From assembly GCA_042218065.1 (NCBI GenBank), contig JBDGRL010000002.1, forward strand, positions 15,539 through 79,538: a DNA stretch of 64,000 bases, given 5' to 3'. The translations under genes and the position numbers were made by a program. This document shows positions 54,672 to 64,000 of the stretch, piece by piece (positions within the stretch are counted from its first letter, which is position 1; every line of letters begins with the position of its first letter). Origin of the DNA: Candidatus Magasanikiibacteriota bacterium (lineage in GTDB: Bacteria > Patescibacteriota > Patescibacteriia > Magasanikbacterales > UBA922). The notes beneath the pieces are model-generated. The model was given only the letters and a program-made list of their open reading frames with translations, did not search any database and was not told where the DNA came from.

Positions 54672-55985
54672 ATGTCTAAAAAATATGATACTACAATAAT
54701 TGGGGGAGGTATTAGTGGAGCAGCTTTATTGTATGTATTAAGTAAATATTCTGATATAGAAAATATAGCTCTGATTGAAAAAGAGGAGCAAATAGCTATG
54801 GGTGCTTCAAATAAAAATAATAACAGTCAAACTCTTCATTTTGGAGATATAGAAACTAATTACACCTTAGATAAAGCAAAAAAAGTAAAAGAAGCAGCTG
54901 AGATGGTAGTAAACTATATTGAGAATCATAAGCAAGAGAATTTATATTCAAAAACACATAAAATGGTTTTAGCAGTAGGAGAAGAAGAGGTTGAAAGATT
55001 GGAAGATAGGTATGATAAATTTAAAGAACTGTTCCCTAAATTAAAAAAAGCTAGAAGAGAAGAATTAAAAAAGATTGAACCAAATTTAGTAAAACAAAGA
55101 GATGAGGATGTGCCTCTATTAGCTTTAGTTACTTCTGATGGATACATTCTAAATTACGGAAAATTAGCTCGATCATTTGTTCAGCATGCAAAGGAGTCAA
55201 ATAAGGATGTTGATGTTTTTTTAGAAGAGAAAGTAAAAAGTATCGAAAAAAATTCTGACTTCAGGATTAAAACTAAAAAAAGAGAAATTAATACAAAAAC
55301 TATTGCTGTAGCGGCAGGTGGGTATAGTTTGAAGTTTGCTTATCAACTAGGTTATGGAAAAGATCTGATAATTTTACCTGTAGAGGGGAGCTTCTTTTGT
55401 GCTGAGGATAAGGTCAATGGAAAAGTTTATATGATGCAAGACCCTAAGCTGCCTTTTGCTGCAATTCACGCTGATCCAGATGTAGAGGATCCGACTGAAA
55501 CAAGGTTTGGCCCAGTATCAAAAGTTCTTCCAATGCTAGAAAAGAGAAATTGGAGATCTATTATTGATTTTTTTGACTTATTTGAGTTTAGGTGGGATGC
55601 GATTGCTAGTTTATTTAGTATCATTTCTGATCCTGTATATTTGAGATATGTTGTTATGCAGATTATTTATGCGCTGCCGATAATAGGTAAGCTGGCATAC
55701 TTAAAAGAGGCAAGAAAAATAGTGCCGTCTATAAAATACAGTGATTTAAAGTTGGATACCTCAATCGGTGAGATAAGACCCCAGATAGTAAATGTAAAAG
55801 AAAGATCGCTTGATTTGGGTGAGGCTAAAATAATAGGTGATGATATAATATTTAATATTACTCCTTCTCCTGGAGCTTCAGTTTGTTTGCAAAATGCAAA
55901 GAAAGATGCTGAAACCACCTTGGGTTTTTTAAATAAGGACTTTTACAAAGAAAAGTTCGAGCAAAAGTTTGGATCTAGGAAATAG
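54672..55985 (+). CDS. mqo: Malate:quinone oxidoreductase-like FAD-dependent oxidoreductase
   Basis: GGGISG, NNSQTLHFGDIETNY, LPFAAIHADPD, TRFGP, IRPQ, NITPSPGAS. Confidence 0.75.
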   Translation: MSKKYDTTIIGGGISGAALLYVLSKYSDIENIALIEKEEQIAMGASNKNNNSQTLHFGDIETNYTLDKAKKVKEAAEMVVNYIENHKQENLYSKTHKMVLAVGEEEVERLEDRYDKFKELFPKLKKARREELKKIEPNLVKQRDEDVPLLALVTSDGYILNYGKLARSFVQHAKESNKDVDVFLEEKVKSIEKNSDFRIKTKKREINTKTIAVAAGGYSLKFAYQLGYGKDLIILPVEGSFFCAEDKVNGKVYMMQDPKLPFAAIHADPDVEDPTETRFGPVSKVLPMLEKRNWRSIIDFFDLFEFRWDAIASLFSIISDPVYLRYVVMQIIYALPIIGKLAYLKEARKIVPSIKYSDLKLDTSIGEIRPQIVNVKERSLDLGEAKIIGDDIIFNITPSPGASVCLQNAKKDAETTLGFLNKDFYKEKFEQKFGSRK

Positions 55986-56616
55986 TTTTAAAATATTGCC
56001 TTACTTCTTGTTCTAAATTAGAGGGATTAGAGATAATTTTATAGGGGCTGCCTTCTTGTAGAGTTGCTCTGTTGTGATAACCCCAAGTAACACCGATAGA
56101 GCTAACATCAGCCTCATTAGCCTCTCGGATGTCTCCGAGTGTATCTGTGATTAGGATAGATTGTTTGGCTTTAACATCAAATGTGTCTAGGGTGTCTTTA
56201 ATTTTCTTGGTCTTGCTGGCAGATACATCGTATCCCAAAGTTTCTATAAAATATTGATCTAGATCTTGTTCGTGAAGTTGTCGGTTTATTACCCTGGAGC
56301 CGGTCGAGGATACAATAATAAGTAAAAAATCGTCAGCTAAATTTTTAATCACCTCAGCCATCTTAGGATTAACCTCTTTGTGTCTTACTTTTTTGTTGAA
56401 TTTCTTAAAAAATTCTTGCTTGAACTTTTCTGCCCCATCTCCTTCTTTCTCTTCTATGGCCTGGTGAGGGTTATTTTTAAACCATTTTCTATACTCTTCT
56501 TTTTTTATAGAGTGATCTAGATCGTGTGCTATAGCAAATGCGTCCTGGAATGTATTTACTATTACACCATCGTAGTCAAAGAAGACGACCTTCTTTTCGA
56601 ATTTATTCGAGCTCAT
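55975..56616 (-). CDS. HAD-family phosphatase
   Basis: FDYDGVIV, VSS, K, TDT.GD, GVTWGY. Confidence 0.9.
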   Translation of the reverse strand: MSSNKFEKKVVFFDYDGVIVNTFQDAFAIAHDLDHSIKKEEYRKWFKNNPHQAIEEKEGDGAEKFKQEFFKKFNKKVRHKEVNPKMAEVIKNLADDFLLIIVSSTGSRVINRQLHEQDLDQYFIETLGYDVSASKTKKIKDTLDTFDVKAKQSILITDTLGDIREANEADVSSIGVTWGYHNRATLQEGSPYKIISNPSNLEQEVRQYFKTIS

Positions 56617-56842
56617 TTATCTTCTTTTTATGCTTGACAGCCTTAACTGCACCAAAGATAAATAGTATAAAGCCGACAACTATAAAAAACCAAGCAAAAG
56701 CAATCATCCAGAAGCTGACAAAAAACTTTAATATTGCCACTCCTGTCACCCAAAAGGCTAAGGCTGTACGGATATAAGCAAGCGAAGTACGCTCAAAAGC
56801 TAGCTCTGTCCTCTTTTTTCTGGATTTTTGTGCTTGATCCAT
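56603..56842 (-). CDS. DUF202/YidH membrane protein
   Basis: RTELAFERTSLAYIRTAL. Confidence 0.88.
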   Translation of the reverse strand: MDQAQKSRKKRTELAFERTSLAYIRTALAFWVTGVAILKFFVSFWMIAFAWFFIVVGFILFIFGAVKAVKHKKKINELE

Positions 56843-56843
56843 G

Positions 56844-57119
56844 TTAATATTTTATTCTAAATTTATCGTAGTCTTTTAGTGTTTCTTTCTCGTTTACTTC
56901 TACTTCATCTACTTTTGCTCTTTTAGGTCCGTCTTTACACCATTCTACCAATTTTTTTAATCTAGACTCCTCGCCTTCTGCTTCTATTTTTACAGTTCCG
57001 TTCGCCATATTTTTAACATAACCTGATAAACCCAAATTTCTTGCTTGTTTTTGGGTGTTCTTACGATAAAATACACCTTGAACCTTGCCTTTTACTGTTA
57101 TATTGTAGTGCTTTTTCAT
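56844..57119 (-). CDS. acyP: Acylphosphatase
   Basis: GKVQGVFYR, GYVKN..GTV, GP..AKV. Confidence 0.95.
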   Translation of the reverse strand: MKKHYNITVKGKVQGVFYRKNTQKQARNLGLSGYVKNMANGTVKIEAEGEESRLKKLVEWCKDGPKRAKVDEVEVNEKETLKDYDKFRIKY

Positions 57120-58120
57120 GTTAATGTGTGTTTTTGGTCTTCGATAATATCGTTATCTTTGAGTTCTTTAATGGCTCTTTCCATAGTTTTCATCCCTATG
57201 TCCCTGTTGGTTTGAATTACTGAGTTTATCTGATTAATTTCATTGTTGGAGATGAGGTTTGCTACTGCGGAGTTATTGATCAAAATCTCTCTAGCAGCCA
57301 CTCTGCCTCCTTCTTTTCTCGGTAGTAGTCTTTGTGAGACTACCATTTTTAATACCGATGAGAGCTGTACCAGGATTTGTCTCTTCTTTTCTCCGGGAAA
57401 CAGATCAATAATTCTCTCGACAGTATCAGCTGCAGTAGGTGTGTGGAGAGTAGAGAAGACCAGATGACCTGTCTCGGCGGCAGTTAGTGCTGCAGATACA
57501 CTCTCCTTGTCGCGCATCTCACCTAAAAATATAATATCCGGGTCCTGTCTTAAAGCAAATTTAAGGCCGTGATGAAATGATGGTGTGTCTATATTTACAT
57601 TCCTTTGTTCAATTATTGATTCCTTGTCCTCAAATACCATCTCCACCGGATCTTCGATTGTGATAATATGTTTGGATTTTTGTTTGTTTACTTCTTCAAG
57701 CAGAGAAGTGATAGTTGTGGATTTTCCTGATCCAGCGGGACCTGTTACTAACACTAATCCGTGAGGCAAGTTAGTAGTTTGCCTAATTACATTCTCGAGT
57801 TGAATTTCATCGGGTGTCATAATCTCTTCTGGGAATATTCTCAAAGCTGCACCCACACCATCAGTTTGTTGATGAATGTTTACTCTCATGGAAGTTCCGT
57901 CCACCTGGTGGCGAATATCTAAGTCTTTTTCTTGTTTAAATGCTTCTTTTTGGTCTTTGTTTAGTTGTTTCCAAAAATAGTCCTTTATGTCTTCGTGTTT
58001 AAGTTCGTCCTCGTCTATTTTATTAAGCCTACCGTCTACTCTAATAGTAGGAACCGAGCCGGAGGTGAGAAAAATATCACTTGCGACTTTTTGTATTGCT
58101 TGTTTTATGTATTTTTCCAT
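57116..58120 (-). CDS. pilT: Type IV pilus retraction ATPase
   Basis: ASD, TGPAGSGKSTT, TIEDPVE, ALRQDPD..GEMRD, AETGHLVFSTLHT. Confidence 0.93.
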   Translation of the reverse strand: MEKYIKQAIQKVASDIFLTSGSVPTIRVDGRLNKIDEDELKHEDIKDYFWKQLNKDQKEAFKQEKDLDIRHQVDGTSMRVNIHQQTDGVGAALRIFPEEIMTPDEIQLENVIRQTTNLPHGLVLVTGPAGSGKSTTITSLLEEVNKQKSKHIITIEDPVEMVFEDKESIIEQRNVNIDTPSFHHGLKFALRQDPDIIFLGEMRDKESVSAALTAAETGHLVFSTLHTPTAADTVERIIDLFPGEKKRQILVQLSSVLKMVVSQRLLPRKEGGRVAAREILINNSAVANLISNNEINQINSVIQTNRDIGMKTMERAIKELKDNDIIEDQKHTLT

Positions 58121-58171
58121 TTTTATTTTTATCTTGTATTAACTATACAATATTTTGTGTTCTTTCACAAT

Positions 58172-59062
58172 TTAACTATAAAGGTGGATTAAGATTACAC
58201 CTGAAACAGATAGAACCACAGCTATCAATTTTTGTGTTAATATTGCAAAATTATATTCTTCTTTCAATAATTTTGGGGAGAATTTTCCTAACAAGACAGT
58301 AAGCAGAAAAATAATAATAGCCTCAATCTCAGCAACAGCAGCAACTAATGAAACAGGACCTTTATCTAGGGCGTTGATATAAAAATAATATGCTAAACCA
58401 TTTACTATTCCCAAGATTGTGAGGTGCTTGAGTCCTGTTAAATTGGCCTGTTTTATTTTTTGAGATTTTGTAAGCATTATTAATATAGAGAAAATGGCAC
58501 CTGATATACCTATCCAGAAAGTTAAGTTCCAAAAATCGAACAGTGTTGAAGAATATTTAAAGACAAGTTCTCTGGCTGCAAAAAAAGAAGAAGCTATAAT
58601 AGCAAAAATAAATCCGAGTTTAGATTTGAGCTTAGACAGGCTGTGTAGTGGATCTTTTAGAGAAACTAATACTGCTCCGCATATAGTTAAGATAATTCCC
58701 AGATATATGATAGGCTGAAATGACTCCCCTAAAAATAAATAAGCAAATATGACTATAAATATAGTAGTGATTGACAGAGTTGGTCCGAATCTGGATACTT
58801 CTTCACTTTCAAGTCCCGAGTAATAGGAAAGAATAGACCCAAAGTATAAGATGCAAATTATTACACTATACCAGTTGAAAGAATAGATGTTTTCCGATCC
58901 GAAAATTAGTGACAGGAGAACTAATACTATAAAGTGAGAACACAAGGAAAAACTAGTAGTAATAAAAATATCTTTTACTTCTTTATTTACTATTATCTTG
59001 TCAGCTACTTCAATACTTGCCCACAAAATAGTTGCTGCAAATGTATAAAATACCCAGCTCAT
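58172..59062 (-). CDS. EamA/DMT family transporter
   Basis: About 10 TM, duplicated EamA domains (FLGE, GPVSLV). Confidence 0.88.
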   Translation of the reverse strand: MSWVFYTFAATILWASIEVADKIIVNKEVKDIFITTSFSLCSHFIVLVLLSLIFGSENIYSFNWYSVIICILYFGSILSYYSGLESEEVSRFGPTLSITTIFIVIFAYLFLGESFQPIIYLGIILTICGAVLVSLKDPLHSLSKLKSKLGFIFAIIASSFFAARELVFKYSSTLFDFWNLTFWIGISGAIFSILIMLTKSQKIKQANLTGLKHLTILGIVNGLAYYFYINALDKGPVSLVAAVAEIEAIIIFLLTVLLGKFSPKLLKEEYNFAILTQKLIAVVLSVSGVILIHLYS

Positions 59063-59955
59063 TAGCTATAGATCTTAATTAATAATACTCCCGCTATAAT
59101 AATAGTTGTTGCAAATACTTTCTGTAGGATTGTTTTTTTGTCTAGTTTTTCGTGGATAATTTCAGGGTGATATTTACTGACAGCAGTTGAACCCAAAAAT
59201 ACCAGCAAGGGTTTGATTTTTATTGCTGTAACTACCAATGACACCGGCCCCAGTGTAATTGCCTTTACATAAATCAGATAAGCTCCGGCTCTGATTAGCC
59301 CGACCAAAGGTAGGTGATCTATATGCTCGTATTTTTTTATCTGTTTAAACTTGGTGATTAGTAAAATAATGATTACAGTAAGACCCCCGATACCAAGCCA
59401 AAACAATATAGTCCAATAATTCATGCTGAAACCAGAAAACTTTATTATCAGGCTTCTAACAGCAATAATTATCGCCGATGCAACTCCGAGCATTACTGCC
59501 AGCCCCGACTTGAACTTGTGCCAGTTTTTCAGTGGATTTTTCAGAGATATTAGAATAGCACCGAAGACCGTGAGGAGTATACCTACATATACTATCCACG
59601 AAAAATTTTCTCCAAGCAGAAAGAATGCAGCAATAGCAGTTATGACCGGTATAATCCCGAACAAGGGGATAAAGCGTGAGACATCTTCTCTTTTTATTCC
59701 CGAATAATAGAAAATTAAACTTATCGGGTACAAGATACCCGCCAACAGTGGTAGCCAGAACTTATTTGATATAAGCGTACTAGCTGTATCAATTTGAAGG
59801 TAGGAGACTATTGTGATCACGATAAATCCCAGAAACCCCGATATTCCAACATCTATTACCGGGTCATTTATCTCATGATCTACTATAAATTTGTCGGCTA
59901 AATTAACTATAGCCCAAAGAAAGGCAGCAATTAAAGCAAGATAAAGCCAGCTCAT
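59062..59955 (-). CDS. EamA/DMT family transporter (tandem paralog)
   Basis: About 10 TM, LLGE, GPVSLV; similar to the neighbour. Confidence 0.88.
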   Translation of the reverse strand: MSWLYLALIAAFLWAIVNLADKFIVDHEINDPVIDVGISGFLGFIVITIVSYLQIDTASTLISNKFWLPLLAGILYPISLIFYYSGIKREDVSRFIPLFGIIPVITAIAAFFLLGENFSWIVYVGILLTVFGAILISLKNPLKNWHKFKSGLAVMLGVASAIIIAVRSLIIKFSGFSMNYWTILFWLGIGGLTVIIILLITKFKQIKKYEHIDHLPLVGLIRAGAYLIYVKAITLGPVSLVVTAIKIKPLLVFLGSTAVSKYHPEIIHEKLDKKTILQKVFATTIIIAGVLLIKIYS

Positions 59956-60071
59956 AAACGGTAATTGTATTAGTTATAGTAATTAACATTATAACAAATA
60001 AACATACGGTTTTTATTTTGTTATAATAAATATCAAGTAAAATAAGTTTAGTATTTATTTAAAAAAATATC

Positions 60072-60707
60072 ATGAAGATTAAAACATTAATTTTAGCGGC
60101 ACTAAGTATAATATTAGTAGGTGCTGGGTGTACGGGATCTGGAGGCTCGGATACCCCAAGTCAGTCCGAAAGCAGCCAAAAAGCTTCCGGCAATATTCAT
60201 GTTTCCGAGACAGCTCTCAAGGGGGATGTATGCAACAAATTGATGCCAAAAGATTTTGCTAGTAAAGTTTTGGGTTTTCCAGCTTCAGCTTTGAAAAAAG
60301 CTAAAAATTACTGTGTCTATACGGGAAAATCGAACGGTACTTATGCCAAAGCTTATTTGAATTATAGAAGATTCGAAGATAAGAAGACTGCTATGAACTG
60401 GTTTGAAAATGAGACTTCCGGTAAAACCAGCGAAGACGTCAATCCCACTCAAAGCTCTGAAGGTGAAAGAGAGGTTTCCGGAGTGGGGGACGCGGCATAC
60501 TTCACCGGTTCGAGCTTGAGAGTAGTTTTGGGTAACGTATTGTTAAAAATTACTGCATTCACCAGACCGACACTCGACCCAACGAATTTTAAAAATATGC
60601 AAAAGTATGCTCAAGCAACTCAAGAAAAGAGAGTGTCAGCAGAAAAACAAATCCAGATGACAAAACAGATAGCGCAAGAAGTAAAGAAAAATTTGTCTGA
60701 GCTTTAA
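60072..60707 (+). CDS. Lipoprotein of unknown function
   Basis: Lipobox LVGAGC, Ser-rich linker, VSGVGDAAY. Confidence 0.75.
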   Translation: MKIKTLILAALSIILVGAGCTGSGGSDTPSQSESSQKASGNIHVSETALKGDVCNKLMPKDFASKVLGFPASALKKAKNYCVYTGKSNGTYAKAYLNYRRFEDKKTAMNWFENETSGKTSEDVNPTQSSEGEREVSGVGDAAYFTGSSLRVVLGNVLLKITAFTRPTLDPTNFKNMQKYAQATQEKRVSAEKQIQMTKQIAQEVKKNLSEL

Positions 60708-60830
60708 AAGTAAAATAGTAGCTGGTTTTTCAACCATCTAGTTTAAGCATTGGTAAAAATTGTTAAGTCCTTACCTTCCTTGTCCTGCAATCTCTAATAA
60801 TTGCTCTTCGGTGTATTAACTCATTTATTG

Positions 60831-60917
60831 CGGAGAGGAGGGGATTTGAACCCCTGAGGCCGTGAGGCCTGCCGGTTTTCGAGACCGGTGCATTAAACCA
60901 GGCTCTGCCACCTCTCC
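60831..60917 (-). tRNA. tRNA-Ser (CGA)
   Basis: Minus strand GGAGAGG/CCTCTCC, CCGGT-CTCGAAA-ACCGG, long variable arm, GGTTCAAATCC. Confidence 0.95.
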
Positions 60918-60974
60918 GTGCAGGTAAGTATATACAAGCTTAGTATAAAAATCAAGGTTATCTAACTATTTCAT

Positions 60975-61271
60975 ATGATTAAAAGTTATTTAGATTTTCT
61001 CAAGGAGTACAAAATTGTAGGTCTAGCTTTGGGTGTTATTATGGGTACTGCTAGTACTGCCTTAGTTCAGTCTTTGGTGCAAAACATTATTATGCCTATT
61101 ATCAGTATTGTTATACCTTCCGGAGGCTGGAGAGAAGCTAGCTTCAGTGTAGGTTCTGCTGTAATAAGATGGGGTCCTTTTCTAGCGGAGCTGATTAACT
61201 TTATTATTCTTGCTTTTGTGGTTTTTCTGATTGTAAAGAAAGTTATGCGCTGGGAAAATATACAAAAGTAA
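60975..61271 (+). CDS. mscL: Large-conductance mechanosensitive channel (short form)
   Basis: FL....VGLALGVIMG...LVQSLV.NIIMP, GPFL..LINFII.AFVVF. Confidence 0.88.
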   Translation: MIKSYLDFLKEYKIVGLALGVIMGTASTALVQSLVQNIIMPIISIVIPSGGWREASFSVGSAVIRWGPFLAELINFIILAFVVFLIVKKVMRWENIQK

Positions 61272-62645
61272 TTAACTAATCGAGTTTATTCTTTCGCTTA
61301 ATAGCGCAAGTGCGATCGGAAACCAAAATAATAATGCGAGATCATCTTTTATATAGGGAGAATCCACCAAACCCATAACCAAAAATGTAGTAAAAATGCT
61401 TGTAGCTAGCAGCTTTAGCTCTTGCTGTGTTTTTATTTGCTCGTATTTTTCTTTTGGTCCTACGAAATAATAAAACCAAAATAAAACCCAAACAAATCCA
61501 ATGAGACCTACTATCCCTAAATTGACCCAGATCGTTAGCCATAAATTATGTGGGTGGTGGAACACCTCTACATTCGGGTTGTCCCGGTAGGGGATTATTT
61601 TTTGTTTGTAAGCGCTGATTCCGGCGCCGAAGACGGGCTGGTCTTCGATAAACTCAAAGGTTTGCTGATACATATCGATGCGAAGTTGTCCGGTTCTGTT
61701 TTGTAGAAGAAGTTCTTGTCTTATATTATTTCCCCGAGGCAGTAAAAAGACTCCGATTATTCCCACAACTCCCAAAGTTACCGCCCACCAGCGCCATTTG
61801 CTAAATAGAAGTAAAACACCCAGACCTCCGAGCACCCCCATTAGTGCTCCAGTGGATTTTGCAAAAATAATTCCCAGCAGCCCCGAAGGTACAGCCAATA
61901 GCGATATAGTTAGGATTAGTGTGTTTTTAGTCTCTTTTTTTGTTCGATCAGGCTTATTATTCTTTTTAAAAATATGCGGTAAGCTATAGAGAAAGTGCTT
62001 AATTTTATCCAGCCAACCTATTGGTTTAGTTCTGATTTGATCATAGACCAGATAAGAAGCAATTATTACAGCTGGAGCTAGAAAATGCCCGACCGCATTC
62101 GGAAAGCCGTACCAAGCGGTGACCCTGAAGGCATTGTTATTTTCCCAGAAACTATAAGGCACCAAGAAGCCGGTAAAGTGTTGATAGACAGCCAAGATTG
62201 AGACAGCGAACCCGCTTACAACGATAGCGAATAAAATGTTTTTTAGCTCTTCTTTACTGTCCAAACTCGTAGTTAGAACCGCAGCTAATATTATCGGCTC
62301 GATATAGAACGATTTCCACTCGCCGAGGGCAGAGATCGGGTCTAATCCGTTAAAAATTGATATGGTAGCCCCGAGAACGAACAACGAAACACCGACAACG
62401 AGCCACCGGTGCCGTTTGTATATTTGCTTCACCTCTTTTATTATTTTTTTTCTTTTTTTGACCAGCCAAGCCAACACAACAAGTCCCAGCATTACCTCCA
62501 GCATGTCGGTTGGAATAGGTCCGATACTGAAATCTATGAGGTAGGTTGGTAATAATAAAAATAAGATTGACAGAGCTAGATTGAATCTGGTAAAACTTAG
62601 GAAGGTGAAACAAATAAAGAATGTAATCAGCAATGCGGTTTGCAT
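61272..62645 (-). CDS. O-antigen ligase/Wzy_C family membrane protein
   Basis: Many TMs; R...YGFPN, R, GAG, HPHN. Confidence 0.85.
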   Translation of the reverse strand: MQTALLITFFICFTFLSFTRFNLALSILFLLLPTYLIDFSIGPIPTDMLEVMLGLVVLAWLVKKRKKIIKEVKQIYKRHRWLVVGVSLFVLGATISIFNGLDPISALGEWKSFYIEPIILAAVLTTSLDSKEELKNILFAIVVSGFAVSILAVYQHFTGFLVPYSFWENNNAFRVTAWYGFPNAVGHFLAPAVIIASYLVYDQIRTKPIGWLDKIKHFLYSLPHIFKKNNKPDRTKKETKNTLILTISLLAVPSGLLGIIFAKSTGALMGVLGGLGVLLLFSKWRWWAVTLGVVGIIGVFLLPRGNNIRQELLLQNRTGQLRIDMYQQTFEFIEDQPVFGAGISAYKQKIIPYRDNPNVEVFHHPHNLWLTIWVNLGIVGLIGFVWVLFWFYYFVGPKEKYEQIKTQQELKLLATSIFTTFLVMGLVDSPYIKDDLALLFWFPIALALLSERINSIS

Positions 62646-62652
62646 TTTAGTT

Positions 62653-63333
62653 TTATTCTATTTCTTGTTTAGCAAATTTTATCGTTTGTTTCACATACTC
62701 TGAAACCCCGGCATATGACAAAATACTTTTAATCATAGTACAGTCCTCTTTAACTGCCTGCAGGTAATTTTCTCTCTTTTCTGCTTTTTTAGGTGTCCTT
62801 AACTGGGATTTCATCCATCCGACCTCTTTTTCTCTTTTCCTCATAAATCTATTAATAGCTATCTCAAGCTGAAAATCAACAAAATTCTCAGTTTTCGCTA
62901 TCTCCAAAAAATCTTTCCTATAGAGTAATCTTTGTCCCGCAAGTAGAATATGGCTCCGGGCAATATCTATCGGAGAAATAGCTTTGTCCAGTTTCAATAT
63001 AATCATATCAAAGTTGCCCGTTTTCATATGGAGTACAGCTTGTCTTATATCCTTTTTATTTAAATTTTTAAGATCAGCATCAAGAAAAAATAACACTTCA
63101 CTTCTTGCTTCTCTAGCCCCCGTCTTAATTGCCTCGGATTTTCCTCTGTTTTTATTTAATTTAATTAAATTTACTTTTGGAAACTTATTTTTAACTTCTT
63201 TGTATATATCATCATCACTGCCATCGTCTATACAAATTATTTCATCGAATTCATCAATTTGGTTTATTTTTCTCAAGGTCTTAATGATTCTGTGTCCCTC
63301 GTTGTAGAAAGGAATAATACAAGAAAATGTCAT
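62653..63333 (-). CDS. GT2 glycosyltransferase
   Basis: IIPFYNE, IDDGSDD, NRGKS, FLDAD. Confidence 0.9.
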   Translation of the reverse strand: MTFSCIIPFYNEGHRIIKTLRKINQIDEFDEIICIDDGSDDDIYKEVKNKFPKVNLIKLNKNRGKSEAIKTGAREARSEVLFFLDADLKNLNKKDIRQAVLHMKTGNFDMIILKLDKAISPIDIARSHILLAGQRLLYRKDFLEIAKTENFVDFQLEIAINRFMRKREKEVGWMKSQLRTPKKAEKRENYLQAVKEDCTMIKSILSYAGVSEYVKQTIKFAKQEIE

Positions 63334-64000
63334 GAGGTTGATGCTTCAGTTTTTTTAAGTTTGATTATTTCTTTTATTGTTTTAATGGATATACCTCCGA
63401 TAGCAAATAAAGTAGTTGCGTAGATTACACCACCAATAACTACCAGCAGCAGTACATGCCATTGAGGCAGGACCATTATAGCTCCTCCCATAATCGTCGC
63501 CGCAAATATTATTTTACCAAAAGTTTTAAAGCTGAGTTTGAGTTCGGCGAATTTTCTCACAGTGAAGAAAAGGAAAAAACCCGCATAAAGTTCAGCAAAT
63601 ACACTCATCCACGCTGCTCCTATCATACCGTACTTGGGCACAAAGATTAAGTAGCCGATCAGCGTCAGTATTGCATCGGATATATATACCCACAACGTTT
63701 GCTTTTGTTTATTCATTGCAACTGCTGTATGGCTAAAGGTGGCTCCTAAAAATACTCCAAATACAGCTATAGATAAAATTTCCAAAGGTAAAGCAGACTC
63801 AGAGAATTTACCACCGGCCACCATTAGCATTATTGGTTTAGATAATATAATTGCACCTACTACTAGAGGTGTGCCCAGAGCCATCATAATATCAAATGAT
63901 TTTTGTAATCTTTGTTTAAATTCTTTCATTTTGCCCCGAGACCAAGCATGCGTGAGCAAAGGCAATAACAATCCCATCATCATCATTGCTGATTCGGTTA
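63330..64000 (-). CDS. Polysaccharide flippase (Wzx/MOP family), partial
   Basis: Multi-TM C-terminal half, VPKYGMIGAAW; frame is open to the window end. Confidence 0.8.
   Translation of the reverse strand, partial: TESAMMMMGLLLPLLTHAWSRGKMKEFKQRLQKSFDIMMALGTPLVVGAIILSKPIMLMVAGGKFSESALPLEILSIAVFGVFLGATFSHTAVAMNKQKQTLWVYISDAILTLIGYLIFVPKYGMIGAAWMSVFAELYAGFFLFFTVRKFAELKLSFKTFGKIIFAATIMGGAIMVLPQWHVLLLVVIGGVIYATTLFAIGGISIKTIKEIIKLKKTEASTS

Overview
This is the replication-origin region of a low-GC bacterial chromosome. The gene content points to Patescibacteria/CPR (Parcubacteria, Magasanikbacteria-like): VirB2-type pilins, co-oriented dnaA-dnaN-rnpA-yidD, tandem-domain ThyX and cohesin/dockerin surface genes. 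Cytoplasmic proteins are very acidic, suggesting a hypersaline habitat. Both the taxonomy and the habitat are inferences. The window holds about 60 CDS, four intact tRNAs (Leu-TAA, Cys-GCA, Arg-CCT, Ser-CGA) and a probable oriC between dnaA and dnaN. It also holds a decayed toxin-antitoxin islet at tRNA-Cys, a dTTP-synthesis operon and a surface-protein operon. The most striking region is the gene-free 1.9 kb at 31.8-33.7 kb, a composite 'centromere' locus. It has ten parS palindromes, with an unrecognised ~290-nt structured RNA and tRNA-Arg embedded between them. A 14-bp inverted repeat brackets the array, followed by six helically phased DnaA boxes and a 336-bp IS-derived MITE. Other unexplained structured RNA candidates lie at ~8.1, 25.3-25.6, 26.8 and 39.3 kb, and three candidates begin with a boxA-like motif. 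All calls were made by eye, without database searches.
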